DNA from: Deltaproteobacteria bacterium
Lineage (GTDB): Bacteria; Desulfobacterota; DSM-4660; Desulfatiglandales; HGW-15
Assembly (NCBI GenBank): GCA_016931115.1
Contig: JAFGFM010000080.1
Coordinates: 7,577-71,576 of the forward strand
Direction: 5' to 3'
DNA length: 64,000 nt
Part shown: piece after piece, positions 1 to 8,218 of the stretch
How positions within the stretch are numbered: position 1 is the first letter of the stretch
How the letters are laid out: each line of letters starts with the position of its first letter
Notes under the pieces: generated by a model
What the model was told of the DNA's origin: nothing
Seen by the model: the letters and a program-made list of their open reading frames with translations, nothing else
Database searches by the model: none
Made by a program: the position numbers and the translations under genes

Positions 1-302
1 CAGATGAATTCGGGCAATATCTAACAAATGAGTATTTGCAGAAACTCTTTTATGAAGTCCGCGAAAAATTTAGTGCATTAAGTAGCGAGATTCTTGAGAA
101 AATCAATCAACAATATATAAGCCTCAAATATAAAGGGAGAACTGCTCTAACAATCTATGTAACAAGGAAAAGGATGGATTTGGAACATTACGATCAAGAG
201 AGCAATTGGGTAACTACGCAGATAACTGAAGAAACACAGTTTGATTGTGAAGAATTTATTAACAATCAGAGAAAGGTATTAGAGGATTGGGACGCAGAAT
301 AA
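1..302 (+). CDS. 5'-truncated CDS; C-terminal part resembles a DUF5655-like domain
   Basis: The frame is open back to the window edge (DEFGQYLTNEYLQKLF...). LFYEVREKFSALSSEILEK...YISLK is reminiscent of DUF5655; recognised by eye only. Confidence 0.45.
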   Translation, partial: DEFGQYLTNEYLQKLFYEVREKFSALSSEILEKINQQYISLKYKGRTALTIYVTRKRMDLEHYDQESNWVTTQITEETQFDCEEFINNQRKVLEDWDAE

Positions 303-520
303 AGCTAATAATCACAAAAACCAGTGGGTGCGAAAAGCCGGAGACCAAGACGCTCTTTAGAAATTAAATTGAAATAAAATTATAAAAGAGAGTCCAGCTC
401 TCACACTAGATTCAACCGATGCTGAGGATGCAGCGATAATTGGTACTAAAAAATTCGTAGATGTTCATCTTATATGATAATAGGAGTGACATCCAACAAT
501 GCAAATGAGAGACCATAGGT

Positions 521-591
521 TTATCAGACCGGTGCAGTTGGCTGAAATAATTTTATGACTTGAGATAGTAAAAATTGTGTAGGTCTGATAA
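521..591. repeat. ~70-bp hairpin repeat, copy A
   Basis: ttatcagacc (521-530) and ggtctgataa (582-591) are perfect inverted arms. Aligns ungapped to copy B at 45/66 nt. Preceded by catagg and followed by taaagggttt. Confidence 0.8.
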
Positions 592-633
592 TCATATAAA
601 GGGTTTATTATAAAAAACAAGATATCAGAAGCT

Positions 634-651
634 GTGAATCACTTGTTAAAC
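634..651 (+). mobile_element. attC-like right half (L' GTGAAT, 5 nt, R' GTTAAAC) at the start of the SIR2 cassette
   Basis: GTT core lies 29 nt before the SIR2 ATG. GTTA matches the inverse core (ATGTAAC) after SIR2. A possible matching left half (ATTCAAC, 410-416) lies ~220 bp upstream. Confidence 0.4.
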
Positions 652-673
652 AAAAGAAGAAAGGGAAGGCATA

Positions 674-1789
674 ATGTCTGATTCTTTCAATAATGACAAG
701 AACGTGTATTTACTTGGAGCAGGCTTTTCAAAAGAAATTGGTCTTCCTTTGCAAGATGATTTTTTACTGGTTGCAAAAGAAGTTTTTTTTAAGCGCACTG
801 GTCAGTATAAACATTTCCAGAGAGTGTTCGAATACCAAGATAAACTTACCAAAATGAAAAAATACCTAAACTATCCTCTCTTGAACCTTGAACACCTTTT
901 CAACCTCATCGAAATGGATTTCTTCTATTCCCAGGACTCGGCTATTTTACAAATCAAGAATGACTTTACTAGATTGATCTGTGATGTGCTTATAGACAGA
1001 ACACCCTGTCCCTTCTACCATGACGCTTCCGGTCATTTACGAATTGATGACTCCAAGTTTCAAACGTACCTTTCATTTATAAGTCTCTTCATAAAGGATG
1101 ATAAGCATAAAGTTGTCATGCATGACGACACCATCATTAGCTTTAATTACGACCTCGTGCTTGAAGGAGCGGCTAGTATCTACAACTGGAAACGAGACGA
1201 GAGGCGTCTAGACGGATATACAACAAAACCAAGAAATGATTCCTTTCTATTTAATACGACCTTTGGGAAAACAAACATCGTTGTGGAGGATGTTGGTCAG
1301 TATTTCAAGAAGAACATGTCAAATCCTTATTTCCCATCTCTTGAGCTATACTCGGAAAATGATGGCTCTTTGAAGCTTCTTAAACTCCACGGTTCCATCA
1401 ATTGGACACCTGCAGATGACCACACCAAGACATTTATCGTTCCTCCCACTTGGAATAAGTCCGACCCCGAAATTAGGGTGCTGTGGGATAAAGCGTATAA
1501 GGAGCTAATGACTGCAAAACGAATCATAGTTATTGGTTATTCCTTCCCTGAAACAGATATCTATGTAAAAAGCCTTTTGGGGCTGGCTCTTAATGAAAAC
1601 CAAATTCTCCAGAATATCTACTTCATCAACCCAGACCGCGATGTCGCAAAAAGGATGTGTCTTTCTTTACTCGACAGGTATTTTGAAAAGTACTGCGAAT
1701 ACAAAGAGTGGAAATTATCGGAATTTATAGATTCTAACGAAGGCAAGCAGTTCATAAAACACCACCTAAACAGAGAGGTAACGGCGTAA
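674..1789 (+). CDS. SIR2-like (SIR2_2 family) NAD+-dependent/NADase protein, stand-alone
   Basis: Motifs LLGAGFS, ISFNYD, LLKLHGSINW, IVPPTWNK, IIVIGYSFPETD. Purine-rich RBS (agggaagg). Confidence 0.9.
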   Translation: MSDSFNNDKNVYLLGAGFSKEIGLPLQDDFLLVAKEVFFKRTGQYKHFQRVFEYQDKLTKMKKYLNYPLLNLEHLFNLIEMDFFYSQDSAILQIKNDFTRLICDVLIDRTPCPFYHDASGHLRIDDSKFQTYLSFISLFIKDDKHKVVMHDDTIISFNYDLVLEGAASIYNWKRDERRLDGYTTKPRNDSFLFNTTFGKTNIVVEDVGQYFKKNMSNPYFPSLELYSENDGSLKLLKLHGSINWTPADDHTKTFIVPPTWNKSDPEIRVLWDKAYKELMTAKRIIVIGYSFPETDIYVKSLLGLALNENQILQNIYFINPDRDVAKRMCLSLLDRYFEKYCEYKEWKLSEFIDSNEGKQFIKHHLNREVTA

Positions 1790-1796
1790 AAGGTCG

Positions 1797-1853
1797 ATGT
1801 AACAAATTAATCTAGACAACTCGTTACACTGGCGACTGATTTTATCGTTGACA
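1797..1853 (+). mobile_element. integron attC-like recombination site (57 bp)
   Basis: R'' ATGTAAC, 5 nt, L'' AATCTAG, 20 nt, L' CTGATT, 5 nt, R' GTTGACA. L''/L' pair with one extra base. Begins 8 nt after the SIR2 stop and ends 10 nt before the next ATG. Confidence 0.75.
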
Positions 1854-1862
1854 AAAAATAAG

Positions 1863-2561
1863 ATGGAAATAGTGTTTAAGGCAAATACTGTTCAAGAGTA
1901 TAAGAAACTACTTTTAGATGCAGATTTTCGAGTACCTGAAAGGAGTGATGGACGAACGAAAGATGATGTAGAAAAATATGATTTATCTCATCTTTTACTT
2001 TGCCTTATGCAATGCGACCTACTCACATTTCCGCTTGAGCTCATTCATCGTAATCGTCCTGACTTCCTACTTGTTATGGGGAACAAAAGTATTGGAATTG
2101 AACATACTGAAGCAATTCATCAGAATATTGCTCATAAGGAATTTCTAATGGACCAAAATAACGGTCCAAGCACTTGGTTTATATCTCCTATTTCACCAAA
2201 TGATCTGTCGAAGAGTAAGAAAGAGTTAATGAAAGAAATTCAAGAGAACGCTCATGGTGATGGATGGTGGGGAGATTCTCCTGAAATTTCTTGGAAGGAA
2301 GTAATGCTTCATTTTATCCAGAAAAAGCTTAGTATCGCGCAAAAAGTTGGATATGAAAAATTTGATGAAAATTGGCTTCTCATTTACAATAACTGGAGTT
2401 TACCATCACTAAATATCTATGGGGTAATTCCAACATTTTTTCAGGAAGTCAAGAACTCTGGGGCTTTAAAAGAATTCGATCGGATTTTTATCACTAAAGA
2501 CAAAGAGTTTTGTGATATTTCGAGCACTGGAGTAACTGTACACAATGTTGACAATTTATAA
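1863..2561 (+). CDS. putative PD-(D/E)xK restriction-endonuclease-fold protein
   Basis: RPDFLLVMGNKSIGIEHTE motif. ATG 1863 is preferred over TTG 1848, which lies inside the attC R' box. Confidence 0.6.
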   Translation: MEIVFKANTVQEYKKLLLDADFRVPERSDGRTKDDVEKYDLSHLLLCLMQCDLLTFPLELIHRNRPDFLLVMGNKSIGIEHTEAIHQNIAHKEFLMDQNNGPSTWFISPISPNDLSKSKKELMKEIQENAHGDGWWGDSPEISWKEVMLHFIQKKLSIAQKVGYEKFDENWLLIYNNWSLPSLNIYGVIPTFFQEVKNSGALKEFDRIFITKDKEFCDISSTGVTVHNVDNL

Positions 2562-2562
2562 A

Positions 2563-2581
2563 TACCAACAATCGCATTAAC
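2563..2581 (+). mobile_element. attC-like left half (R'' TACCAAC, 5 nt, L'' CATTAAC), right half missing
   Basis: Starts 2 nt after the stop codon. CAAC is complementary to the GTTG at the start of this cassette (1847). Followed by unrelated purine-rich sequence. Confidence 0.5.
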
Positions 2582-2715
2582 TCAAAAGGGGAAAGATAGG
2601 GTCTGGGAAAGATCAGTCCTTGACAACGGACATTACTGAAAAAGACAATCATCGTTCAAGTAGATATTACAAGACAAAAGTAGTAACTTTAGATAATGTA
2701 CAGAAGTGAGGTGAA

Positions 2716-2783
2716 TGTCAGATCTACACAGTTGATATGCCTAAGTATATGGCTTACGAAGGTGTCATTGTGTATGTCTAACA
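2716..2783. repeat. ~70-bp hairpin repeat, copy C
   Basis: tgtcagatctacacagttga...gtcattgtgtatgtctaaca. Same core as copies A, B and D with a 1-nt deletion. Confidence 0.8.
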
Positions 2784-2864
2784 CTAAACGTTTCTGAACA
2801 TTTTACTGACCCTGAATTTTATGTACAACAATATAAACAGATATTCAAAAGAGGAGAGACAATA

Positions 2865-3380
2865 ATGAATAATTTCACAAACCGATTTAAGACTTTGCTT
2901 GCCCTGATTTGTTTTACATTATTTTGCAGCTCTATTGCTCAGGCAGAAGAAATGACTCTCGAAACCTTGATCGATCGTCAGAAGGTGCAGGATTTAATTA
3001 CCCGCTATTACTTCAACTTCGGTGGGACGCCTGAAAGTTTTGCAAACTTTTATGTGGATAATGGTGAGCTGATTCTGATCGGTCAGCATTATAAGGGTAG
3101 AGAGGCTATTGCCAAAGCTTATAACTTTCCTGAGGGTGAAGCACCCAAGAATTTTTCATTCAATAGTCTTATCAGTAATTTACTCATTACGGTGAAAGGT
3201 GATACCGCCAGGGCGAAACTGGTGTGGACTGAGAATGTGATGCAAAAAGAAAGGGGTGAGATACAGCTGCCCGCTCAGGGTCGGGAGTACTCCACTTTCG
3301 TTAAAATAAAAGGTAAGTGGATGTATCTTACTCGCGAAATCAAAGGAGGAACAGAGCCGCCAGAGGGTTGGGAGAAGTAG
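2865..3380 (+). CDS. secreted SnoaL-like/NTF2-fold protein
   Basis: Signal peptide (...SSIAQA). LIDRQKVQDLITRYY and GREAI motifs. RBS gaggag. Confidence 0.8.
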   Translation: MNNFTNRFKTLLALICFTLFCSSIAQAEEMTLETLIDRQKVQDLITRYYFNFGGTPESFANFYVDNGELILIGQHYKGREAIAKAYNFPEGEAPKNFSFNSLISNLLITVKGDTARAKLVWTENVMQKERGEIQLPAQGREYSTFVKIKGKWMYLTREIKGGTEPPEGWEK

Positions 3381-3423
3381 AGTAACAAATAAGACACTCA
3401 CCTTCTTTACTGCAACGTTATGT
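3380..3423 (+). mobile_element. collapsed attC-like remnant
   Basis: GAGTAAC at the stop codon and GTTATGT 44 bp later. Too short for an intact attC, and the L boxes do not pair well. Confidence 0.3.
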
Positions 3424-3449
3424 TTCTGGTAAAAGCTTGAAAGAGCATA

Positions 3450-3522
3450 GGTATCAGGCCTACACAGTTGGCTGGCTTAAGCTTATGGTTTGGGAAGGTG
3501 TCAATTATGTAGTACTGATACC
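3450..3522. repeat. ~70-bp hairpin repeat, copy B
   Basis: ggtatcaggcctacacagttg...caattatgtagtactgatacc. Long imperfect palindrome. Confidence 0.85.
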
Positions 3523-3559
3523 AAAGGATTTACTCTTTTTACTTTTTTGCGAGGATGCT

Positions 3560-5764
3560 ATGAGCTTGAAATGCACGATTGGAATGCACCAGTGGACTGG
3601 TTGCAGATGCTCGAAATGCGGAAAGACTCGGGATGAGGCCCACGACTGGTTATCGGATTGCGAGAAGTGCAGTGTGTGCGGCAAAATAAGGGCAAGCGCA
3701 CATGACTGGAACGGCTGCAAGTGTCAGAAGTGCGGAAAGATAAGAGACGAAGGACATGATTGGGACAAAGATTGTGAGACCTGCGGGCGATGTAACCTTA
3801 AAAGATCGAACAAGCACAATTGGATCGATCTTGAATGTTCTATCTGTGGTCAAATATGGCCCAGCAGGCGAGGGCACATTCTGGCTCTTTTAAAATTATG
3901 TCATCAAGATAAACAGGCTGCAGTTGAAAAATGTCTGGTTGCCATATCCGGCAGAACCTATATCCCTGAAAAAACTGCTTTGCATCTCCTGGGAATACTT
4001 AAAGATGACAAGGCGATTGAACCACTTGCAAAATATCTCGCTGACCTGAAGCCCTTTTCGGAATGTGCAATCAAATCATTATCTATGTTTGGCGTCGATG
4101 CGGTTGATTCTTTATTACGTAATATGCCCACCGCAGGTTCTATTGGCGGTCGCCGCAGGCTTTTCGAAGCATTATGCAAAGTTAGTTCCGTTTCCATTGA
4201 CCGTCTTGCAGGGGAGTTGACCAATAGACAATATTGTCAAATTGTCGCAAAAGCTTTGGGCCAATCAGGCGATCGGCGGGCAATCAATCCGTTGTTTGAA
4301 GCCCTTAAAACAAGCTACTTTTCTCGCTCCGAAGAGCGAGAAGGCGCCATTTCGGCTCTTTTACAACTGGAAGCTTACGAAGAATTGCTTTTACTTTTGC
4401 ATGATGCAAATGGCAGCTTGGATACTATGGTGGCATGGGCACTGGGAAACCTGGGCGACAAGCGCGCATTAGAGCCTTTACTTGAGGCATTGGAAAAGAC
4501 AAAACCTGGCAGTTATGAACGTCGTACAGTAATTAAAGCGTTGGGTAATATTCGAGACCCGCGTGCGACAGAACCCTTGTTAAAAATACTTAATGAAACA
4601 GATATGTCTATCCGTCGAGATACTATCATAGCTCTTTCAAAAAGCGCGGATGGACGAGCAGTCCCGGCACTGCGTGATACGATAGAAAATTTATCAGTGG
4701 ACGAACTGGAAGCCCATAAATACGCTGAAATGGGATTAGTGCGCCTGGGAAATCCTGATTTCATGAAATCATTAATTAGTATGCTATCTGTTAATTCAAG
4801 CAATTACGACATTTTACTGGAAGTATTTAGATACAATAAAGATGTTCTTGTAAACGCCGTCGTGGCTATGCTTGAACTCTCGAAGGAAGAAACTTCCTAT
4901 AGTGGCTATGAAAAAACAGCGGCTACTTATAACCGTCTCACCTGCCTGGAGTTGCTGGATAGAATAAAAGAGCCAGGGAGTGTTAATCCTCTGTTAATCG
5001 TGCTTATGGATGATCCCCATTATGAAGTCAGGGCCATGGCCGCGAAAACCTTGGGTAGGATCAGGGATAAGCGAGCGATTCTCTCTCTGATAAGGGCAAT
5101 TCAAGACACAGACTCCATTGTTCGGAAAGAGGCAGCCATTGCACTTGGAGAGATTGCGGATGCTCAGGCAGTTGAACCACTAGTCCATACACTCAAAGAT
5201 TCCCAAGAAGAAGTCAGCGCAGCAGCAGTCGAAGCTCTCGGTAATATCGGAGACATTCGAGCAATGGAACCTTTAACCAGTTTTATACAAGACTCATCGG
5301 GTTTACCGAACATGAAAAAAGCTTTGTATTGTGCCGCTGTGTCACTTGCAAAACTTGGTGCAGCAAAGCAATTAATATTATGGCTGGAAACTCCGAATGA
5401 AAATCTCTGCGAATACGCCATTATAGGTTTGACAAGCTTAGAAGATGCAGAAGCAGTACAGCCGTTAACGCGCTATTTGGAGGATAGTTCAAAACTTTCC
5501 AGGAACAGAGCGTTAGCTGCTACAGCCTTGGGAAATAAAGGTTTGACAGCCGTTGATCCTTTGGGTGAGGCGCTTAAAAATAAATCGAGAGAAATAAGAG
5601 AATCTGCAATAGTGGCACTCGGGAATCTTGGATGGTCTGCAATCGAACCTTTTTTATTAAACACCGAAGACAGAGATTTAGATGATCGTTGCGGTTGGGA
5701 AGCTTGGGAGAAGCTGTCTGAAGATTTAGAGATTTACCTCATGCAAGGGCATAGGCAGGCCTAA
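3560..5764 (+). CDS. HEAT/PBS-lyase repeat protein with N-terminal Cys/His-rich (HxW..CxxCG) repeats
   Basis: Repeated HDW..C.KCGK.RD units, then many ALG.IGD.RA.EPL repeats. ATG 3560 has a gagga RBS. The extension from 3437 is a translation of repeat B. Confidence 0.85.
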   Translation: MSLKCTIGMHQWTGCRCSKCGKTRDEAHDWLSDCEKCSVCGKIRASAHDWNGCKCQKCGKIRDEGHDWDKDCETCGRCNLKRSNKHNWIDLECSICGQIWPSRRGHILALLKLCHQDKQAAVEKCLVAISGRTYIPEKTALHLLGILKDDKAIEPLAKYLADLKPFSECAIKSLSMFGVDAVDSLLRNMPTAGSIGGRRRLFEALCKVSSVSIDRLAGELTNRQYCQIVAKALGQSGDRRAINPLFEALKTSYFSRSEEREGAISALLQLEAYEELLLLLHDANGSLDTMVAWALGNLGDKRALEPLLEALEKTKPGSYERRTVIKALGNIRDPRATEPLLKILNETDMSIRRDTIIALSKSADGRAVPALRDTIENLSVDELEAHKYAEMGLVRLGNPDFMKSLISMLSVNSSNYDILLEVFRYNKDVLVNAVVAMLELSKEETSYSGYEKTAATYNRLTCLELLDRIKEPGSVNPLLIVLMDDPHYEVRAMAAKTLGRIRDKRAILSLIRAIQDTDSIVRKEAAIALGEIADAQAVEPLVHTLKDSQEEVSAAAVEALGNIGDIRAMEPLTSFIQDSSGLPNMKKALYCAAVSLAKLGAAKQLILWLETPNENLCEYAIIGLTSLEDAEAVQPLTRYLEDSSKLSRNRALAATALGNKGLTAVDPLGEALKNKSREIRESAIVALGNLGWSAIEPFLLNTEDRDLDDRCGWEAWEKLSEDLEIYLMQGHRQA

Positions 5765-5807
5765 ACAGTTGACAGGCCTGAGCTTATGGCTTAAGAAGGT
5801 ATCAATT
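5749..5807. repeat. ~70-bp hairpin repeat, copy D (right arm truncated)
   Basis: gcataggcaggcctaaacagttgacaggcctgagcttatggcttaagaaggtatcaatt. 43/52 identical to copy B. Contains the TAA stop of the HEAT gene. Confidence 0.8.
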
Positions 5808-5879
5808 CTAAAGGGTGGTTTCTTTTTGGATTGTGATGAAATGTTGTTAATCAACCTATAACAGGTAAGGAGATATAAA

Positions 5880-6296
5880 ATGTTGTATCATGACTTAAAA
5901 GAAGACTTGAAAGAATCTATGAAAGCAAAAAATATGGATAGAGTAAATGCCATACGGGTTATTATGGGTGAATTTCCAAGACTTAATAAATTAGCCGGTG
6001 AACTTCCTACAGACGATGAAGTATTGAAGATATTGAAAGGTCTTAAGAAGAATGAAGAATTGGTACTGGAAAAATTAAATAAAACTGAATCAGTATATCT
6101 TAATGTTATAGAAGGTTATCTGCCTAAAATGATGTCCAAAGAAGAAATTAAGGCCTTCATTCTTTCATCAGGCATTAATTTAAAGGGTGGTGAAAATATA
6201 GGGCAAATAACAGGAAAGCTAATGAAAGATTTAAAAGGAAAAGCTGAAGGCAGCCTGGTAAAAGAGGTATTAACTGAAATGATGAAAGAGGGTTAA
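5880..6296 (+). CDS. GatB/YqeY domain protein
   Basis: DLKESMKAKNMDRVNAIR...YLPKMMSKEEI. RBS aaggag. Confidence 0.85.
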   Translation: MLYHDLKEDLKESMKAKNMDRVNAIRVIMGEFPRLNKLAGELPTDDEVLKILKGLKKNEELVLEKLNKTESVYLNVIEGYLPKMMSKEEIKAFILSSGINLKGGENIGQITGKLMKDLKGKAEGSLVKEVLTEMMKEG

Positions 6297-8218
6297 TGCT
6301 GTTTCACCCATTTTTCCACCACCTTGTATGGATAGGCCTCCAGCCTGCTAAACCCTGGCAGGTTTTTGGCTTTATATTCAACCAGTCTGGGAGAAGAAAT
6401 GCCGCATAAAAAACGTGTTATCAGGGTTACCATATCAAATGAATTTGTTTGCCCCACCGCATCAATAAGGGGTTTAACCATGGCATGAAAATCCGGATGG
6501 TTTAGTGGTGGCAGCTCTGATGACTCCATTCTGATAGCTTTTTTCTCCAGGCAGACCGAACACCTCCCGCAGCCATTATCCAGCCTTTCACCAAAATAGG
6601 CTGAAAGATTTTTAGCCAGACACTGGTCAGACTCAAAAAGGTCAATCATGGCATGCAGGCGCGCCACATCCTTTTGCTCCTTTTCTATAAACAGCGCTGC
6701 AATCTCCTTTGCAATCGAGTCTAGATCAAATCTGGAATTGATTATCTCAAAAACCTCCACACCAGATGATGGTCTGAGGACAATCCACCCTTTCTCATGA
6801 AAATAATCCAGGGCTGTTAAAACCCGCTGCCTGTCAAAGCCTGACTCGGCCACAATATTATCTATATCCACCTTTGCCCATGTCTTGGCGAGCCTGGAAT
6901 TATCCAGTATGGTTTTAACAAACTGTTTCCTTTCACCATTAAAATTTGCCTGAATCTGTTCGCCGGGCACCAGATACTGGAATGAATAATTTTCAAAATA
7001 GATATATTTGGGGGAAATAATATTCGCCATCTCAAGATAAACCAGAAGGGTTTTTAAGGGCAGCAGCCTGATATCTGTCCTCATGCTCAGGGAATGTTCC
7101 CTAACCTCAAACAGCTTTTCCTTGGATTGTGATATTTCCTCCAGCACCTTGCGGATATTCGCAAGGCCTGGCGTGTCACCATAGGCAAAATTCTCAAGTA
7201 CAGGTATGTGGTTTTTATTTCCCAGCAGGCAGCAGAGAGAAGGCATTCCATCCCTGCCTGCCCTGCCTATCTCCTGGCTGTAGCTCTCTATAGATTTTGG
7301 CAGGTCATAGTGGATAACCTTTCTGATATCCTCTTTATCTATTCCCATGCCAAAGGCGATGGTTGCTACAACGATACCTGTTTCTCCTCTCATAAAACGG
7401 GTTTGAACAGCATCCCGCTCCGCATTTTCCATACCGGCATGATAGGCCTCTGCCTTAAGTCCATGCTCTTTAAGCATAAGGGCTATGCGATCCGCTGTCT
7501 TCTGAAGTGTAACATAGACGATTGCGGGGCCATCAGGCTTTTCTGCAAGTATATCGCAAAGCACGGCCTCTTTATTTTCTTCCGCCACAGGACGTATGCG
7601 TAAAAATAGATTTTTCCTGTAAAAACCTGTTTGCGCCACATTTTCCAGGTTGATTGCAAACTTTTCACACATGTCGAGGATAACCTTTGGCGTTGCCGTG
7701 GCTGTGAGTAACAGGACCTTATTAATACCATATTCTTTCTGATATATGGGGATCTTCAGGTAATCGGGTCTGAAATTGTGGCCCCATTCAGATATACAGT
7801 GGGCCTCATCAACAACAAGCAGGGATATATTCATCTGTTTGAGCTGGGTTCTGAACCTTTCATTCTTAAATCGTTCAACAGCAACCATCAGTATCTTGAG
7901 TTGACCTGATCGGGCTGCTGCAATTGTATTGCGATAATCAGCATCGCTCATGCCTGAATCAAGTTTTGCCGCGGCAATATCCTTTGATTTTAAAAAATCT
8001 ATCTGGTCTTTCATCAGGGAGAGAAGCGGTGAGACTACCAGGGTCATGCCCTGTTCAATAACAGCAGGTAGCTGATAACAAAGAGATTTTCCTGCGCCTG
8101 TAGGGAAGATTGATGCAGCAGACTTACCTGCTATGATGGCCTCTATAACCTCTCTCTGACCGGGTTTAAATTTATCAAAACCAAACACCCTCTTTAATGT
8201 ATCATCAATTACAGACAT
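6293..8218 (-). CDS. RecQ-family ATP-dependent DNA helicase
   Basis: FKPGQREVI, PTGAGKSLCYQ, VDEAHCISEWGHNFRPDY, QEIGRAGRDG, C-terminal CGRCSVC. ATG 8218 is preferred; the ORF extends to 8287. Confidence 0.93.
   Translation of the reverse strand: MSVIDDTLKRVFGFDKFKPGQREVIEAIIAGKSAASIFPTGAGKSLCYQLPAVIEQGMTLVVSPLLSLMKDQIDFLKSKDIAAAKLDSGMSDADYRNTIAAARSGQLKILMVAVERFKNERFRTQLKQMNISLLVVDEAHCISEWGHNFRPDYLKIPIYQKEYGINKVLLLTATATPKVILDMCEKFAINLENVAQTGFYRKNLFLRIRPVAEENKEAVLCDILAEKPDGPAIVYVTLQKTADRIALMLKEHGLKAEAYHAGMENAERDAVQTRFMRGETGIVVATIAFGMGIDKEDIRKVIHYDLPKSIESYSQEIGRAGRDGMPSLCCLLGNKNHIPVLENFAYGDTPGLANIRKVLEEISQSKEKLFEVREHSLSMRTDIRLLPLKTLLVYLEMANIISPKYIYFENYSFQYLVPGEQIQANFNGERKQFVKTILDNSRLAKTWAKVDIDNIVAESGFDRQRVLTALDYFHEKGWIVLRPSSGVEVFEIINSRFDLDSIAKEIAALFIEKEQKDVARLHAMIDLFESDQCLAKNLSAYFGERLDNGCGRCSVCLEKKAIRMESSELPPLNHPDFHAMVKPLIDAVGQTNSFDMVTLITRFLCGISSPRLVEYKAKNLPGFSRLEAYPYKVVEKWVKQH

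Noticed and set aside
674-2561. Calling the SIR2 locus Thoeris, DSR, SIR2-HerA or SPARSA
   Set aside because: No TIR, SLOG/macro, HerA, pAgo or long C-terminal sensor domain is present.
3450-3522. Copy B as an IS1-like MITE (GGT...ACC ends)
   Set aside because: No target-site duplication, and the other copies have different termini. Not fully excluded.
3437-3559. N-terminal extension of the HEAT ORF given in the ORF track
   Set aside because: It is a translation of hairpin repeat B. ATG 3560 has an RBS.
521-5807. 70-bp repeats as a CRISPR array
   Set aside because: Repeats are too long and divergent, the spacing is 0.7-2.3 kb and contains whole genes, and there are no cas genes.
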